Source of the DNA: Anaerolineae bacterium
GTDB taxonomy: Bacteria > Chloroflexota > Anaerolineae > Epilineales > Epilineaceae
Assembly: GCA_029262755.1 (NCBI GenBank)
Contig: JAJCYU010000427.1
Coordinates: forward strand, 1-42,938
Direction: 5' to 3'
Length of the DNA stretch: 42,938 nt
Under the pieces are notes generated by a model. That model was not told where the DNA came from and searched no databases. It saw nothing but the letters and a program-made list of their open reading frames with translations. Made by a program: the position numbers and the translations under genes. Below, in pieces: positions 33,343 to 42,938 of this stretch (position 1 is the stretch's first letter; every line of letters begins with the position of its first letter).

Positions 33343-35373
33343 ATGGCAGGCGCTACTAAAGTACCTCTATCAGCTAGAACTACAGCCGCTCTTATAGTTT
33401 ACTATAAAGCTATGCAGGATCTACAGTCAGATTTCTCTGGAGATCTACGCTCTCGTATGGAGAAAATAGATAAAGCCTATCAGAGAGAGGCAGATAACAC
33501 GCTAGAGCACGCTAGAGCTAAAGCAGCTAATGCAGCAGGAGACACAACTAAGCTCCAGAATGTGACTGTGCCTGTAGTCATGCCGCAGGTAGAGACAGCT
33601 GTAACTTATCAAACATCTGTGTTTCTTACAGGGTATCCCTTATTCGGAGTGGTAGCAGAACCTAAATATATGGATGCTGCAATGCAGTTAGAGACAGTTA
33701 TTGAAGAGCACGCTCAGGTAGGAGGATGGGCGCGCCACCTTATGATGACTTTCCGTGATGGAGAGAAATATAACTTTGCACCTATCGAAGTCTCTTGGGC
33801 ACAAGAAACCTCTGCTATGATAACTACTGACCTAACTAAGAATCTTACGGAAGGTATAGGTAAGAAAGTAACTTGGAAAGGTAATAAGCTGCGTCGCTTA
33901 GACCCATATAATACATTCGTAGATCCTAGAGTAGCTCCTACTGAAGTATATAAGAGAGGGGAGTTTGCAGGGTTTACTGAATACATGCCTAGACTAGAAC
34001 TTAAAACTCTAGTTAATAACTTACCTGACATAATCATTGGCAGCGTAACTAAAGCATTCGAGTCTGGGAGTAATGCTAGCCCTAGAACTACAGGAGACTC
34101 ATATAACTACTACATACCTACAGTGAACCCAGACGTTATAGATCCTGAATCACGAGCCACTGGCACTAACTGGATGAGCTGGGCAGGATTAGCTAAAGAC
34201 GGGAGTAGTAAAGGTAAGTTTATAGACTATAAGGATACCTATGAAGTTACTACATTCTATTGTCGTATTATGCCTTCTGAGTTTGGTATGGTTCTTCCTT
34301 CTGCTAATACACCTCAAGTGTTTAAGCTTATTATAGTTAACCATGAGCATATTATCTATGCAGAGCGCCAAACTAACGCCCATAACTGGCTACCTATCTT
34401 AATAGGGCAACCTAAAGAAGATGGTCTTATGTACCAGACTAAGTCCAGAGCATCTGAGGTACAACCATTTCAAGAAGTAGCTTCTACATTCATGAACTCT
34501 ATCATAGCTTCAAGACGAAGAGCTATATCTGACAGAGTGCTATATGACCCATCTAAGATTACTGAGGCTCACATTAACTCAGATAACCCATCTGCTAAGA
34601 TTCCGGTGCGCCCTTCAGCTTACGGTAAGAAGATATCTGACTCAGTGTATCAGTTCCCTTACCGGGAAGATCAGGCTCAGTTTTCAATGTCTCAGATTCA
34701 GGTACTCATGGGACTAGCTAATCAGACTTCTGGGCAGAACCAAGCATCTCAGGGACAGTTTGTAAAAGGCAATAAGACGCTTGAAGAGTTTGATACTGTA
34801 ATGCAGAATGCTAATGGCAGAGAGCAGACGGCTAGCATCTTACTAGAGCATCAGCTATTTACTCCTATTAAGCACATACTAAAACTTAATGTACTCCAGT
34901 ATCAGGGAGGTACTACATTATATAATCAGGACAGACAGACTGCTGTAGAAGTAGATCCTATAGCACTGAGGCAAGCAGTTCTTAAGTTTAAAGTGTCTGA
35001 TGGTCTTATACCTTCCACTAAACTTATCAATGCTGAATCTACCGCTGTAGCATTACAAGTGCTCGGATCCTCTCCTGAGATAGCAGCAGGCTATAACATA
35101 GCTCCGCTATTCTCTTACTTTATGAAAACAAGAGGAGCTAATGTCTCTGAATTCGAGAAGTCCCCTGAGCAGACAGCTTATGAGCAAGCAGTAGGTGCAT
35201 GGCAGCAAGTAGCTATGGCAGCTATAGATAAAGGAGTAGAAGAATCTAAGATACCTCCACAACCTAAACCAGAAGATTACGGATACGACCCTAACGCTAA
35301 TAAACCTAAACCAGATACACAGACAGCCCCCGGAGCTGCACCAGAAACAGCAGACGCAGGAGAAACAGTATAA
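33343..35373 (+). CDS. Portal protein
   Basis: 676 aa directly after TerL; LDPYNTFVDP, G..QASQG...GNKTLEEF pattern; Pro-rich tail. Confidence 0.85.
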   Translation: MAGATKVPLSARTTAALIVYYKAMQDLQSDFSGDLRSRMEKIDKAYQREADNTLEHARAKAANAAGDTTKLQNVTVPVVMPQVETAVTYQTSVFLTGYPLFGVVAEPKYMDAAMQLETVIEEHAQVGGWARHLMMTFRDGEKYNFAPIEVSWAQETSAMITTDLTKNLTEGIGKKVTWKGNKLRRLDPYNTFVDPRVAPTEVYKRGEFAGFTEYMPRLELKTLVNNLPDIIIGSVTKAFESGSNASPRTTGDSYNYYIPTVNPDVIDPESRATGTNWMSWAGLAKDGSSKGKFIDYKDTYEVTTFYCRIMPSEFGMVLPSANTPQVFKLIIVNHEHIIYAERQTNAHNWLPILIGQPKEDGLMYQTKSRASEVQPFQEVASTFMNSIIASRRRAISDRVLYDPSKITEAHINSDNPSAKIPVRPSAYGKKISDSVYQFPYREDQAQFSMSQIQVLMGLANQTSGQNQASQGQFVKGNKTLEEFDTVMQNANGREQTASILLEHQLFTPIKHILKLNVLQYQGGTTLYNQDRQTAVEVDPIALRQAVLKFKVSDGLIPSTKLINAESTAVALQVLGSSPEIAAGYNIAPLFSYFMKTRGANVSEFEKSPEQTAYEQAVGAWQQVAMAAIDKGVEESKIPPQPKPEDYGYDPNANKPKPDTQTAPGAAPETADAGETV

Positions 35374-35654
35374 TGCAGCAGATAACTAACTCATTTCAAG
35401 TATTTGAACTGTCAGACACAGAGATAGCTACAGGCTCTATATTCAGTAACCTACAGATTCAAGTATTACAGAATCGCAGAGCGCTAGTAGCAGAAGAGAA
35501 GATAGCACTAGACTATGACCCAGAAAACCCAGGTAACTTTATACAACAGGAGGCTGCTAAGAAAGCAGAGTTACAGCTATTAACATATCTAATAGACTGC
35601 TCTAATGCTGCGCTGGAAGTTATGCAGGCAGCGAGAGCAGCAGAAGCAAAATAA
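35373..35654 (+). CDS. Small head-module protein
   Basis: TAATG-coupled to the portal gene. Confidence 0.7.
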   Translation: MQQITNSFQVFELSDTEIATGSIFSNLQIQVLQNRRALVAEEKIALDYDPENPGNFIQQEAAKKAELQLLTYLIDCSNAALEVMQAARAAEAK

Positions 35655-35693
35655 CCCCGTCACATCTACTACCCACAACAGAAGGAATATACC

Positions 35694-36452
35694 ATGACCG
35701 TATCATCAGTAATCTCTAACTTGTTTAACACCAGTACACCTATCCCTGCACCTGCCGCTCCTGCTGCACCAGCGCAGACACCCACTAATCCAGGGAATCT
35801 CCCAGATAACTCAGGAGTAGGAGCTACAACACCTCCTACTCCTGGCGCTCCTACTGACCCTGCTGCTGCGCCTGCTAAACCTGATTCCCCTCTTGACCAA
35901 TACAAGTCTTTATGGGATCCTGTACCTACTAGCGAAAACGCAGCTCCAGTAGCGCAGAAGTTAGACCCAGCTAAGCTGCAAGAGATAGTAGCTAAAGCAG
36001 ACTTTACAAAAGCTATTACTCCTGAAATGAAAGCAGCTATATCTGCTGGCGGAGAAGAAGCACAAGCAGCTTTAATGTCTGCGCTTAATGAAGTTACTAG
36101 ACAAGCAGTAGTACAATCCACACTAGCAGCTAACAAAATGACAGAGCAAGCAGTTAAAGATGCTATAGATTCTCAGACTAAATCCCTCCCAGATCTTATC
36201 AGATCACAAGCAACAACCAATAGCCTATACGCGGCAAACCCTATATTTTCAAATCCAGCAGTTAAACCAGTGATAGAAGCAGTAAAAGCTCAGTTAGCGG
36301 CCAAGAATCCTACCGCTACATCTGATGAACTTACAGCTATGTCACAGCAGTTTGTTGAAGCGTTAGGCGAGTCTATCTCTCCTAAGGCAGCAGAAACTGT
36401 AGACCCAAAAGCAGATGCTATGGACTGGGCTAAATACTTAGCAGGTAACTAG
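35694..36452 (+). CDS. Capsid scaffolding protein
   Basis: Pro/Ala-rich N-terminus, helical body, DWAKYL end; between portal and capsid. Confidence 0.75.
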   Translation: MTVSSVISNLFNTSTPIPAPAAPAAPAQTPTNPGNLPDNSGVGATTPPTPGAPTDPAAAPAKPDSPLDQYKSLWDPVPTSENAAPVAQKLDPAKLQEIVAKADFTKAITPEMKAAISAGGEEAQAALMSALNEVTRQAVVQSTLAANKMTEQAVKDAIDSQTKSLPDLIRSQATTNSLYAANPIFSNPAVKPVIEAVKAQLAAKNPTATSDELTAMSQQFVEALGESISPKAAETVDPKADAMDWAKYLAGN

Positions 36453-36524
36453 CACCTACACCATTTAGTTACATTACTTAGTTACACTATTTTCCACTTT
36501 CTTTTAATTATAAGGAGAAGCCTC

Positions 36525-36941
36525 ATGGGTTTTAATCGTGCCTTAGTTTCACCAGACAGTAAGATGCCACAGCCTATGAGAGCTGGCGATGGTATGCTTG
36601 CTAATTTCATTCCGACTAACTTCAATGCAGAGGCAGATGCTACGCTTACTGTGTCACAACTCTCAGGTGGTTTAATCCACCAAGGGCTGACACTAAGTAG
36701 TGATGTAGTATACACACTGCCTACCGCTGCTCTTATTGCCGCTGCTTTCCCTACTATGGACATTGGCGACGCTTACAGCTTCGTAGTTAATAACTCCCAG
36801 GCAGCAGCATTTGATGTTGTCATTGGAGCAGGCGTAGGCAATACAGCAGTTGGAACTAATAACAGTCTTAGTGTTCCTCCTCAGTCTAGCCGTGTGTTTA
36901 CTCTTGTTAAGACAGCAGCAGCTACATTTGATCTGTACTAG
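36525..36941 (+). CDS. Putative capsid decoration/minor capsid protein
   Basis: Beta-rich YTLPTAALI...GD...F.V.N pattern; directly upstream of MCP. Confidence 0.6.
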   Translation: MGFNRALVSPDSKMPQPMRAGDGMLANFIPTNFNAEADATLTVSQLSGGLIHQGLTLSSDVVYTLPTAALIAAAFPTMDIGDAYSFVVNNSQAAAFDVVIGAGVGNTAVGTNNSLSVPPQSSRVFTLVKTAAATFDLY

Positions 36942-36995
36942 CACCCCCTAACCATCACTATCTACTTACCTTACTTATAATAAAGGAGTCACAAT

Positions 36996-38219
36996 ATGAC
37001 TACCGGAGTATTTAATACTAGCAACTTCACTACTGATCTTGCTAAACCCTCATTTGCACAGATGATTACTCGTCTGATGCCTAATGGCTCAGCGCCGTTG
37101 TTCGGTTTAACTTCTATGCTATCTTCTGAGACAGCAGTTCAAACTGAGCACGGCTTCTTTACTAAAACTATGCTATTCCCTGAAATGACAATGGGAGCTA
37201 TTGCATTAGCTGCTGCTGTAGATTTACCTGTAGTTTCTACTTCTAATATCCTGCCTGGTATGATCATGCGAGTGACCTCTACCGGAGAGAATGTATTAGT
37301 AGAATCTGTTACCAGTGCTACGCAGGTACGAGTTACACGATCTATTGGATCTGTAGCTGCTGCTGATACGCTTATCGCTGATACTCTCTATCAGGTAGGT
37401 AATGCTTTTGAAGAGTCTAGCACACGTCCGACTGCTCAGAACATTATCCCTGTACGTATTACAAATCTAACACAGATTTTCCGTAATACTTGGGCTATCT
37501 CTGGATCTGCTGCTGCTACTCAGGTAATTGCAGGAGATACTACCATTGCCGAGAACCGCCAAGATAACGCAGCGCTACATGCTGCTGATATTGAGAAAGC
37601 TCTCTTCTTTGGTCAGAAGTCTGAAGGTACTCGTAACGGTCAGCCTTTCCGTACAATGGACGGTTTAGTATCCATTGTAGGTAATGCTAGCTACTACCCT
37701 CCTAGCTACTTAGGTTCTACCAATGTCTTTACTGCTGGTGCCACAACTACGTGGACTCAGTTAGAGGCTATGATCGATCCTATCTTTGATCAGACTACTG
37801 ATCCTAAGGGCGCTAACGAGCGTGTAGCTTTCATTGGCGGTACAGCTAAGCGAGTCCTTAATGCTATTGGTCGTCTTAACGCGGCTTATCAGCTTGTTGA
37901 TGGACAGACTAACTGGGGCTTACAGTTCAGTACGTTTACTACAGCTCGCGGTAAATTGCGTCTTATTGAGCATCCTCTGTTTAACTCTAATGCTACCTGG
38001 TCTAAGATGATGGTTCCTGTAGATCTTGCTACGTTTAAAGTAGCTTATCTTGGAGATCGTAAGACTCAGGATAAAGAGTTTAACTCAGCTGGTAAAGAAG
38101 CTCAAGATAACGGCATTGATGCAGTAGGTGGTACGCTTACTACTGAGTTAACCACTGTTGTTAAAAACCCTCCTGCTAATGCTATTATCTACAATCTTAC
38201 TGCTGGTGCAGTAGGTTAA
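36996..38219 (+). CDS. Major capsid protein (DUF5309/SU10-like)
   Basis: NLTQIFRNTWAISG, DIEKALFFG, RTMDGL, F.T..G.L.LIEHP, TELT motifs. Confidence 0.9.
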   Translation: MTTGVFNTSNFTTDLAKPSFAQMITRLMPNGSAPLFGLTSMLSSETAVQTEHGFFTKTMLFPEMTMGAIALAAAVDLPVVSTSNILPGMIMRVTSTGENVLVESVTSATQVRVTRSIGSVAAADTLIADTLYQVGNAFEESSTRPTAQNIIPVRITNLTQIFRNTWAISGSAAATQVIAGDTTIAENRQDNAALHAADIEKALFFGQKSEGTRNGQPFRTMDGLVSIVGNASYYPPSYLGSTNVFTAGATTTWTQLEAMIDPIFDQTTDPKGANERVAFIGGTAKRVLNAIGRLNAAYQLVDGQTNWGLQFSTFTTARGKLRLIEHPLFNSNATWSKMMVPVDLATFKVAYLGDRKTQDKEFNSAGKEAQDNGIDAVGGTLTTELTTVVKNPPANAIIYNLTAGAVG

Positions 38220-38250
38220 GACAGATAGCACAGCATAGCAGTATAACCAC

Positions 38251-38295
38251 ATAAGAAGGGAGTAGCTGGTATCCTCATCTTCTCCCTTCTTATTT
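38251..38295 (+). terminator. Large-loop hairpin after MCP (terminator or stabiliser)
   Basis: ataagaagggag / ctcccttcttat 12-bp perfect stem, 19-nt loop, short U tail. Confidence 0.6.
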
Positions 38296-38330
38296 CCTAA
38301 CCTAGCTACATCACTACAAGGTACAATACT

Positions 38331-38759
38331 ATGAATACAGCAACTGAAGCAGTAGAACCTAAAGAAGAAACATACCAAGTTTATAAGTCCAGTCTGCGTA
38401 ACCAGCGGATTGCTATGCCTGACGGGAAGTTAATTACTATTACTGGCGGGCGCTATATCACTAAAGACGAGAATGAGATAGCCTTCTTAGACTCAGAGAT
38501 TGAAAACGGCTTCCCTTACCTAGCTAAGTCTGAGGCTATGACGTCTGCTGACTTAGATCCTATGGCTACTCTCAAGCGTAAGATCATTGCTGAGTACTTA
38601 GAGAATGAGCAGAAAACTCCTCAGATCGGAACAGTAGGGGTAGATACTCCAGAAGCACCTGCCGGAGCAGTCTCTAAATCTCAAGCGTCTATTGTCAGCA
38701 CAGCTACACTAGGTAAGCTAGCTGCTGGATCTAGCTCTAGCTCAGCTGGTTCTAAGTAA
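38331..38759 (+). CDS. Hypothetical virion-module protein
   Basis: ORF between MCP and adaptor; GGRYITKDENEIAFL. Confidence 0.75.
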   Translation: MNTATEAVEPKEETYQVYKSSLRNQRIAMPDGKLITITGGRYITKDENEIAFLDSEIENGFPYLAKSEAMTSADLDPMATLKRKIIAEYLENEQKTPQIGTVGVDTPEAPAGAVSKSQASIVSTATLGKLAAGSSSSSAGSK

Positions 38760-38784
38760 TAACTGGCTCTCGGAGTAGCTGCTA

Positions 38785-39375
38785 ATGACTTTTAATGAAC
38801 TCGTTGCTGAGGTATACCTGTTAACTAACAGACCTGACCTTGTGGCGCAGACTGAATCAGCAGTTAAAGCAGCTACTCTGAAAGCTCACCAATCAGATTT
38901 CTATTCTAAAGATATATATGAAACAGGCGTCGAGTTTACCTCCGCTGCATATATACAGTCTTTAGATGTTATAAACCTTCTATCTAACTTCCGGTCTCTG
39001 AAATATATACGGCGTGTCACATCCGCCACAGATACTAATGGAGTAGACATAACAGTACTAACTCCAGATGCAGTATTAGATAGCTATGGCTGCAATAAAA
39101 CTGACATAGCATATGTAGCAGGTAGAGTAGTAGAGATAAGATCATCTGTATCCTTTACTAATATGCTACTAGGTTGTTACGTGCATCCTATTATAAGAAC
39201 AGGCGCTTACAGTTCATGGGTAGCAGAGCAGCATCCATACGCTATCATCCGTGAAGCTGCGAGAGTTATATTTAAAACAATCGGATATGATGAAGAGTCA
39301 GCAGCCTACGCTCAGTTTGTAGCTGAAGAGTATGGAATACTTAAAATGGGTGCACTTTCAGATGTCGGCTATTAG
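38785..39375 (+). CDS. Putative head-tail adaptor / tail tubular protein A-like
   Basis: MTFNELVAEVYLLTNRPDL start and SWVAEQHPYAII end; size and synteny fit. Confidence 0.7.
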   Translation: MTFNELVAEVYLLTNRPDLVAQTESAVKAATLKAHQSDFYSKDIYETGVEFTSAAYIQSLDVINLLSNFRSLKYIRRVTSATDTNGVDITVLTPDAVLDSYGCNKTDIAYVAGRVVEIRSSVSFTNMLLGCYVHPIIRTGAYSSWVAEQHPYAIIREAARVIFKTIGYDEESAAYAQFVAEEYGILKMGALSDVGY

Positions 39376-39407
39376 AGATATTAGAGATATTAGAGGAGAT
39401 AAGTACT

Positions 39408-40694
39408 GTGAGTGAAGCTAATATATGGCAGCCTAGAACTATAGTAGATACTAACGCAGATGTTAAGCGGGTAGCTGAGACTCTCGTCGCTACTGAGGGG
39501 CAGACTGTATTCACACTTACAGCATTCTCCTATGCGCTAGATACAGGTGCGTTAGAGGTATTTATTGATGGAGTGTATCAGGAGATTCTAGTAGACTATG
39601 TAGAGAGTGATACTACTAGCTTCACCTTACTTTCTCCTGCTACCGCTGGTGATAGAATCATAGCGGTAGGATTCACAGGCATTACAGCAGCCGTAGATGT
39701 AAGAGATACAGATATATTTATAGCTAGTTTTGCAGGGTTAAGAGCTTATACTGGTACTGAGACTACTGTATATGTAGAAGGTAAAACTTCTTCAGGTGAC
39801 GGAAGCGAGAGCTTTTTCTATAAGACTCCTATAGCTGCTCCAGGTACTTATTCAGATGATGACCTTACTACTATAGTCCCTACTGGTGGCGATGGGTCTG
39901 TAGCTTGGAAGAATAACCGCACACCTGATACAGAAGTAAGAAGTCTATCATTAAACTATACGTCTGACGCAGATAAGACAGTCAATGTACCTCAATCTTA
40001 TTATGGCCTTATAAGAGCTACAGATACAGGTGTAGTATTAACTGCTACTAGAGCTATGACTTTCCAAAATACCGGAGAGCCTCGTACTCTTATGTTTGAG
40101 AATAAGACAGCTCAAGCTATAGATGTAGGAGTAGCAGGAGGCAGTGAATTTGCTAGAGTACCAGCAGGAGTAACTAGATATATAATAATGGACGGCATTT
40201 CTGTCGATGCTGTAGGTGATCAGGCAGCTATTACTGGCCTGCCTAATCTGACAGAGGCTGTAGTATCTACTAAACCTTGTGCAGCTGGGTATACTAGAGT
40301 CTCTCCTAATTTATGCCTTAGAGACAACCCGGCCATAACTAGCCCTGCGTCAAACACCTGTATAGCTATACCTAACCCTTCGGCAGACTCCACAGCGCTT
40401 ATGATAAGAATTACGCTGGTAGCGAGATCAGCCAACGCTGGAGGTAATAGGAGGAGCGCCTTTTGCAGTTTACATAGCAACGGTGTATGCAGTGACTTAT
40501 TTATAAGCAGCTCCGAGTTGGCCGCTCAAGGGTACGAATTTACTGCTATAGCTACTACATCTGTGATTGCTCAGGATCATTTTGAACTTGTTATTAGACC
40601 TAGTGCGGTTGGAGGCGACATATCTTTATCTTGGGCAAGTGATGTAGGAGGTAACGGTATATTACACTATAGTCTAGTAGGGTATTACGATTAG
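39408..40694 (+). CDS. Tail fibre/tailspike protein
   Basis: ATEGQTVFTL...LEVFIDGVYQ fibre N-domain; LRAY...V.G....GDG....FY...DD...IV spike-type domain; Cys-rich C-terminus. Confidence 0.75.
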   Translation: MSEANIWQPRTIVDTNADVKRVAETLVATEGQTVFTLTAFSYALDTGALEVFIDGVYQEILVDYVESDTTSFTLLSPATAGDRIIAVGFTGITAAVDVRDTDIFIASFAGLRAYTGTETTVYVEGKTSSGDGSESFFYKTPIAAPGTYSDDDLTTIVPTGGDGSVAWKNNRTPDTEVRSLSLNYTSDADKTVNVPQSYYGLIRATDTGVVLTATRAMTFQNTGEPRTLMFENKTAQAIDVGVAGGSEFARVPAGVTRYIIMDGISVDAVGDQAAITGLPNLTEAVVSTKPCAAGYTRVSPNLCLRDNPAITSPASNTCIAIPNPSADSTALMIRITLVARSANAGGNRRSAFCSLHSNGVCSDLFISSSELAAQGYEFTAIATTSVIAQDHFELVIRPSAVGGDISLSWASDVGGNGILHYSLVGYYD

Positions 40695-40750
40695 CTGCGT
40701 GTGTATCTTTAACACTTTTAACTATCACTAATAGGAGACTACTTACACCT

Positions 40751-41053
40751 ATGTCAGACACATCAGCAAGAATATTAGAAACTACCGGCCACAGTGGCAC
40801 ATTAGTAGGAGTGACAGCAGCTATGACTTTATGGCTATCAGATGCAGTGCATTGGCTTAATGATAATTACATGGCTGTAATAGCTGTATGTACTATAATC
40901 ACTACCCTTGTAGGCGCCTACGGATCACTAACTCGTGTACGCTTAGCTAAAGCACAGAGACGCAGAGAGGCTGATAGAGACAGAGACAGAGAGAAAGCAG
41001 CGCACCCAGAATCAGAATCAGCTGATTCTAATAACAAAGGAGATGGAATCTAA
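40751..41053 (+). CDS. Holin-like membrane protein
   Basis: One to two hydrophobic segments then a highly charged C-terminus; AGGAG RBS. Confidence 0.5.
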   Translation: MSDTSARILETTGHSGTLVGVTAAMTLWLSDAVHWLNDNYMAVIAVCTIITTLVGAYGSLTRVRLAKAQRRREADRDRDREKAAHPESESADSNNKGDGI

Positions 41054-42557
41054 TACTATGGCTCAGAGAAACTATACAGTACCTCTGAATTCTGTTAACT
41101 TTCCTCTCCTATCTGAGGACCATAGCAGAACTGTAATAGTAGGAGGAGGGTCTAAGGACTCAGGTAATTCTGATGCTTCTGGTAATCCTCAGCTGTATTA
41201 CTGCCATAATGTTATGCCTGTACTGGAGGGTTACCGATCTATAGGTTATCGCTCTCATGTACCCGCTGTCTCTCCTGCTGTAACTACTTTCTCTGATACT
41301 CGTATTATATACGGATCTGATAGAACTAGAATAGAGCTTACATTTAATACTGACGGTACTATCTACTCTGCTAAAGAAGGCGAGCACGTGTGGAGACTAT
41401 TAGCTAGCACAGCTCCTGTACCTGCCTCTGATATAACCACAGGTACAGTAAATGGAGTCACTTATATATTCTATAAAGAGACCGGCTGTTATATATATAA
41501 TGAGACTACTAATACACTGGTACCTACTGCGTTAGATGGATTAACAGAAAACTTGCTTATAGGTATTACCGCCTCCTCAGGGTATCTAATAGCATATACA
41601 CAGACAGATATGGCATGGAGCAGTGTCATAGATCCTACAGACTTCGTACCTAGTCAGGTGACAGGGGCAGGAGGCGGTAGTATATCCGGGTTAGGAGGAG
41701 CAATAGTATTAGCTACAACTAACTCCTTAGGTGTCTTATTTCATACTGACGCTAACACTGTGGCGGCTACATATACAGGTAACGCTCAGTACCCGTTTAA
41801 ACTAAGAGAAGTGGATAACTCTAAGGGAGCTTCTGCTTTAGATTTAATAGCTTATGAAGCTAACAGCGTCATTCAATTCTCTTACTCAAAAGCAGGGTTA
41901 CAGTCTATCAGCTCTAAAACTGCTGAGAACATACTGCCAGAAGTCACTGACTTTCTAGGCGGTGGCAGGATAGAAGACTTCGATGAGACTACAGGTATAT
42001 TCACAGCTACAGATCTTACTACTACACTTAAAAAGAAAGTAAAGTTTGTAGCTTCCAGATACCTTGTAATAAGCTACGGAGAAACTGAATTCACTCATGC
42101 TCTTGTATATGATGTCACCCTTAAAAGACTAGGGAAACTTAAAGTAACTCATGTAGATTGCTTTGAGCATGTAGGAGGACAGATAGAGAGTAGCAAGGAA
42201 TCTATATCTTTTATGTTATCTACAGGGGAGACTAAGCTAGTAGAATTCTCCCCTACGTATGCAGCCTCTAATGGAGTAGCTGTCATAGGTAAGCTGCAAT
42301 ATGCTAGAAGTAGACTGTTCACACTAGAAGAGGTAGAGCTAGAAACTATAGACTCTGGCGCTACATTATCAGTGTCCACTCTGGTATCACTAGATGGAAA
42401 GACACACACTAAGGTGGATGGATCTGTTCTCTATTCAGCGGAAGGTGTAAGACGTTACGGTTTTCTCTCAACAGGAGTTAACCATTCAATTCTTATAGCA
42501 GGAAAGTTTAAGCTTACTGCTTGTATCATTAAATTTATACTTAACGGAAGGAGATAG
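41043..42557 (+). CDS. Putative tail hub/nozzle (P22 gp10-like) protein; start probably ATG 41058
   Basis: About 500 aa, beta-rich, YCHNVMP and AWSS..DPTDF; synteny in the podoviral tail module. Confidence 0.65.
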   Translation: MESNTMAQRNYTVPLNSVNFPLLSEDHSRTVIVGGGSKDSGNSDASGNPQLYYCHNVMPVLEGYRSIGYRSHVPAVSPAVTTFSDTRIIYGSDRTRIELTFNTDGTIYSAKEGEHVWRLLASTAPVPASDITTGTVNGVTYIFYKETGCYIYNETTNTLVPTALDGLTENLLIGITASSGYLIAYTQTDMAWSSVIDPTDFVPSQVTGAGGGSISGLGGAIVLATTNSLGVLFHTDANTVAATYTGNAQYPFKLREVDNSKGASALDLIAYEANSVIQFSYSKAGLQSISSKTAENILPEVTDFLGGGRIEDFDETTGIFTATDLTTTLKKKVKFVASRYLVISYGETEFTHALVYDVTLKRLGKLKVTHVDCFEHVGGQIESSKESISFMLSTGETKLVEFSPTYAASNGVAVIGKLQYARSRLFTLEEVELETIDSGATLSVSTLVSLDGKTHTKVDGSVLYSAEGVRRYGFLSTGVNHSILIAGKFKLTACIIKFILNGRR

Positions 42558-42561
42558 AGAT

Positions 42562-42938
42562 ATGGCTGCTGGAGATTTTACAGTATTCGACGAAGCTAAA
42601 GCTAAGATGCTTGCAGGTAACTGGGCTAGCACTGATGTGTTCTACTGTGCTATTATAGACAATACAACTACACCAGTTGCTTCCCTAGCGACCCCTGTAT
42701 TTGGAGACTTTACAGAAGTAGGCGCTGCAGGTTCTTATGTAGCTAATGGTACCAGCCTTGGTACATTAAGCACATTAGTATCAGAAGCTGCTGGAGTCAT
42801 GACATTTGACTCTGCTGTTAATCCTACGTGGGCGCAGCACGCATCCAATGACGTTGATGCTTGGTGGGCTATTGTATATAACTTCACTGACGCAGGTAAG
42901 GATGCAGTAGGGTTCTTAGAGCTAGGCGGCCCAGTAGA
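42562..42938 (+). CDS. N-terminal part of the 145-aa small virion/fibre protein (continues to 202)
   Basis: AAGGAG RBS; MAAGDFTVFDEAKAKMLAGNWASTDVFYCAIID...TEVGAAGSYVANG, open to the window end. Confidence 0.8.
   Translation, partial: MAAGDFTVFDEAKAKMLAGNWASTDVFYCAIIDNTTTPVASLATPVFGDFTEVGAAGSYVANGTSLGTLSTLVSEAAGVMTFDSAVNPTWAQHASNDVDAWWAIVYNFTDAGKDAVGFLELGGPV

Noticed and set aside
39408..40694. Diversity-generating retroelement or invertible fibre system
   Set aside because: No reverse transcriptase or recombinase, and no duplicated template or inverted segment noticed
42798..42938. 141-bp terminal repeat as a biological direct terminal repeat
   Set aside because: It lies mid-gene and its length fits a k-mer overlap from circular assembly; treated as an artefact that indicates completeness
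1..42938. TAG stop-codon reassignment suggested by the abundance of TAG
   Set aside because: Genes are intact under the standard code and many end properly at TAG (for example 3339, 3907, 36941, 42557)

Overview
The window is an apparently complete, circularly assembled dsDNA tailed-phage genome. Bases 1-141 are identical to 42798-42938, giving about 42.8 kb of unique sequence. It looks lytic and podovirus-like: no integrase, repressor, RNA polymerase, tail tube or tape measure is recognisable. There are two opposed arms. The minus-strand early/replication arm (about 30506 down to 10854) has near-consensus sigma70 promoters and encodes a RecD-like helicase, PD-(D/E)XK nuclease, Sak4-like ATPase, putative SSB, family A DNA polymerase, DUF3987-type helicase, DEDD exonuclease, ThyX and dNMP kinase. 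The plus-strand late arm (30953 across the join to 10754) encodes terminase, portal, scaffold, decoration and major capsid proteins, tail proteins, a holin-like protein and three probable ejection proteins. The most unusual items are: (1) a four-gene cassette in the tail module with a small beta-rich protein, a sulfotransferase-like protein, an unknown protein and a beta-helix protein carrying a 15 x 22-aa repeat stalk; (2) a multi-hairpin non-coding element at 23425-23610; (3) an iteron/palindrome-rich control region at about 28970-29440; (4) a His762-type PolA with no recognisable primase; (5) no recognisable endolysin; (6) a strong AGCT/CTAG/TA compositional bias. All functional calls come from reading motifs by eye; no database searches were run.
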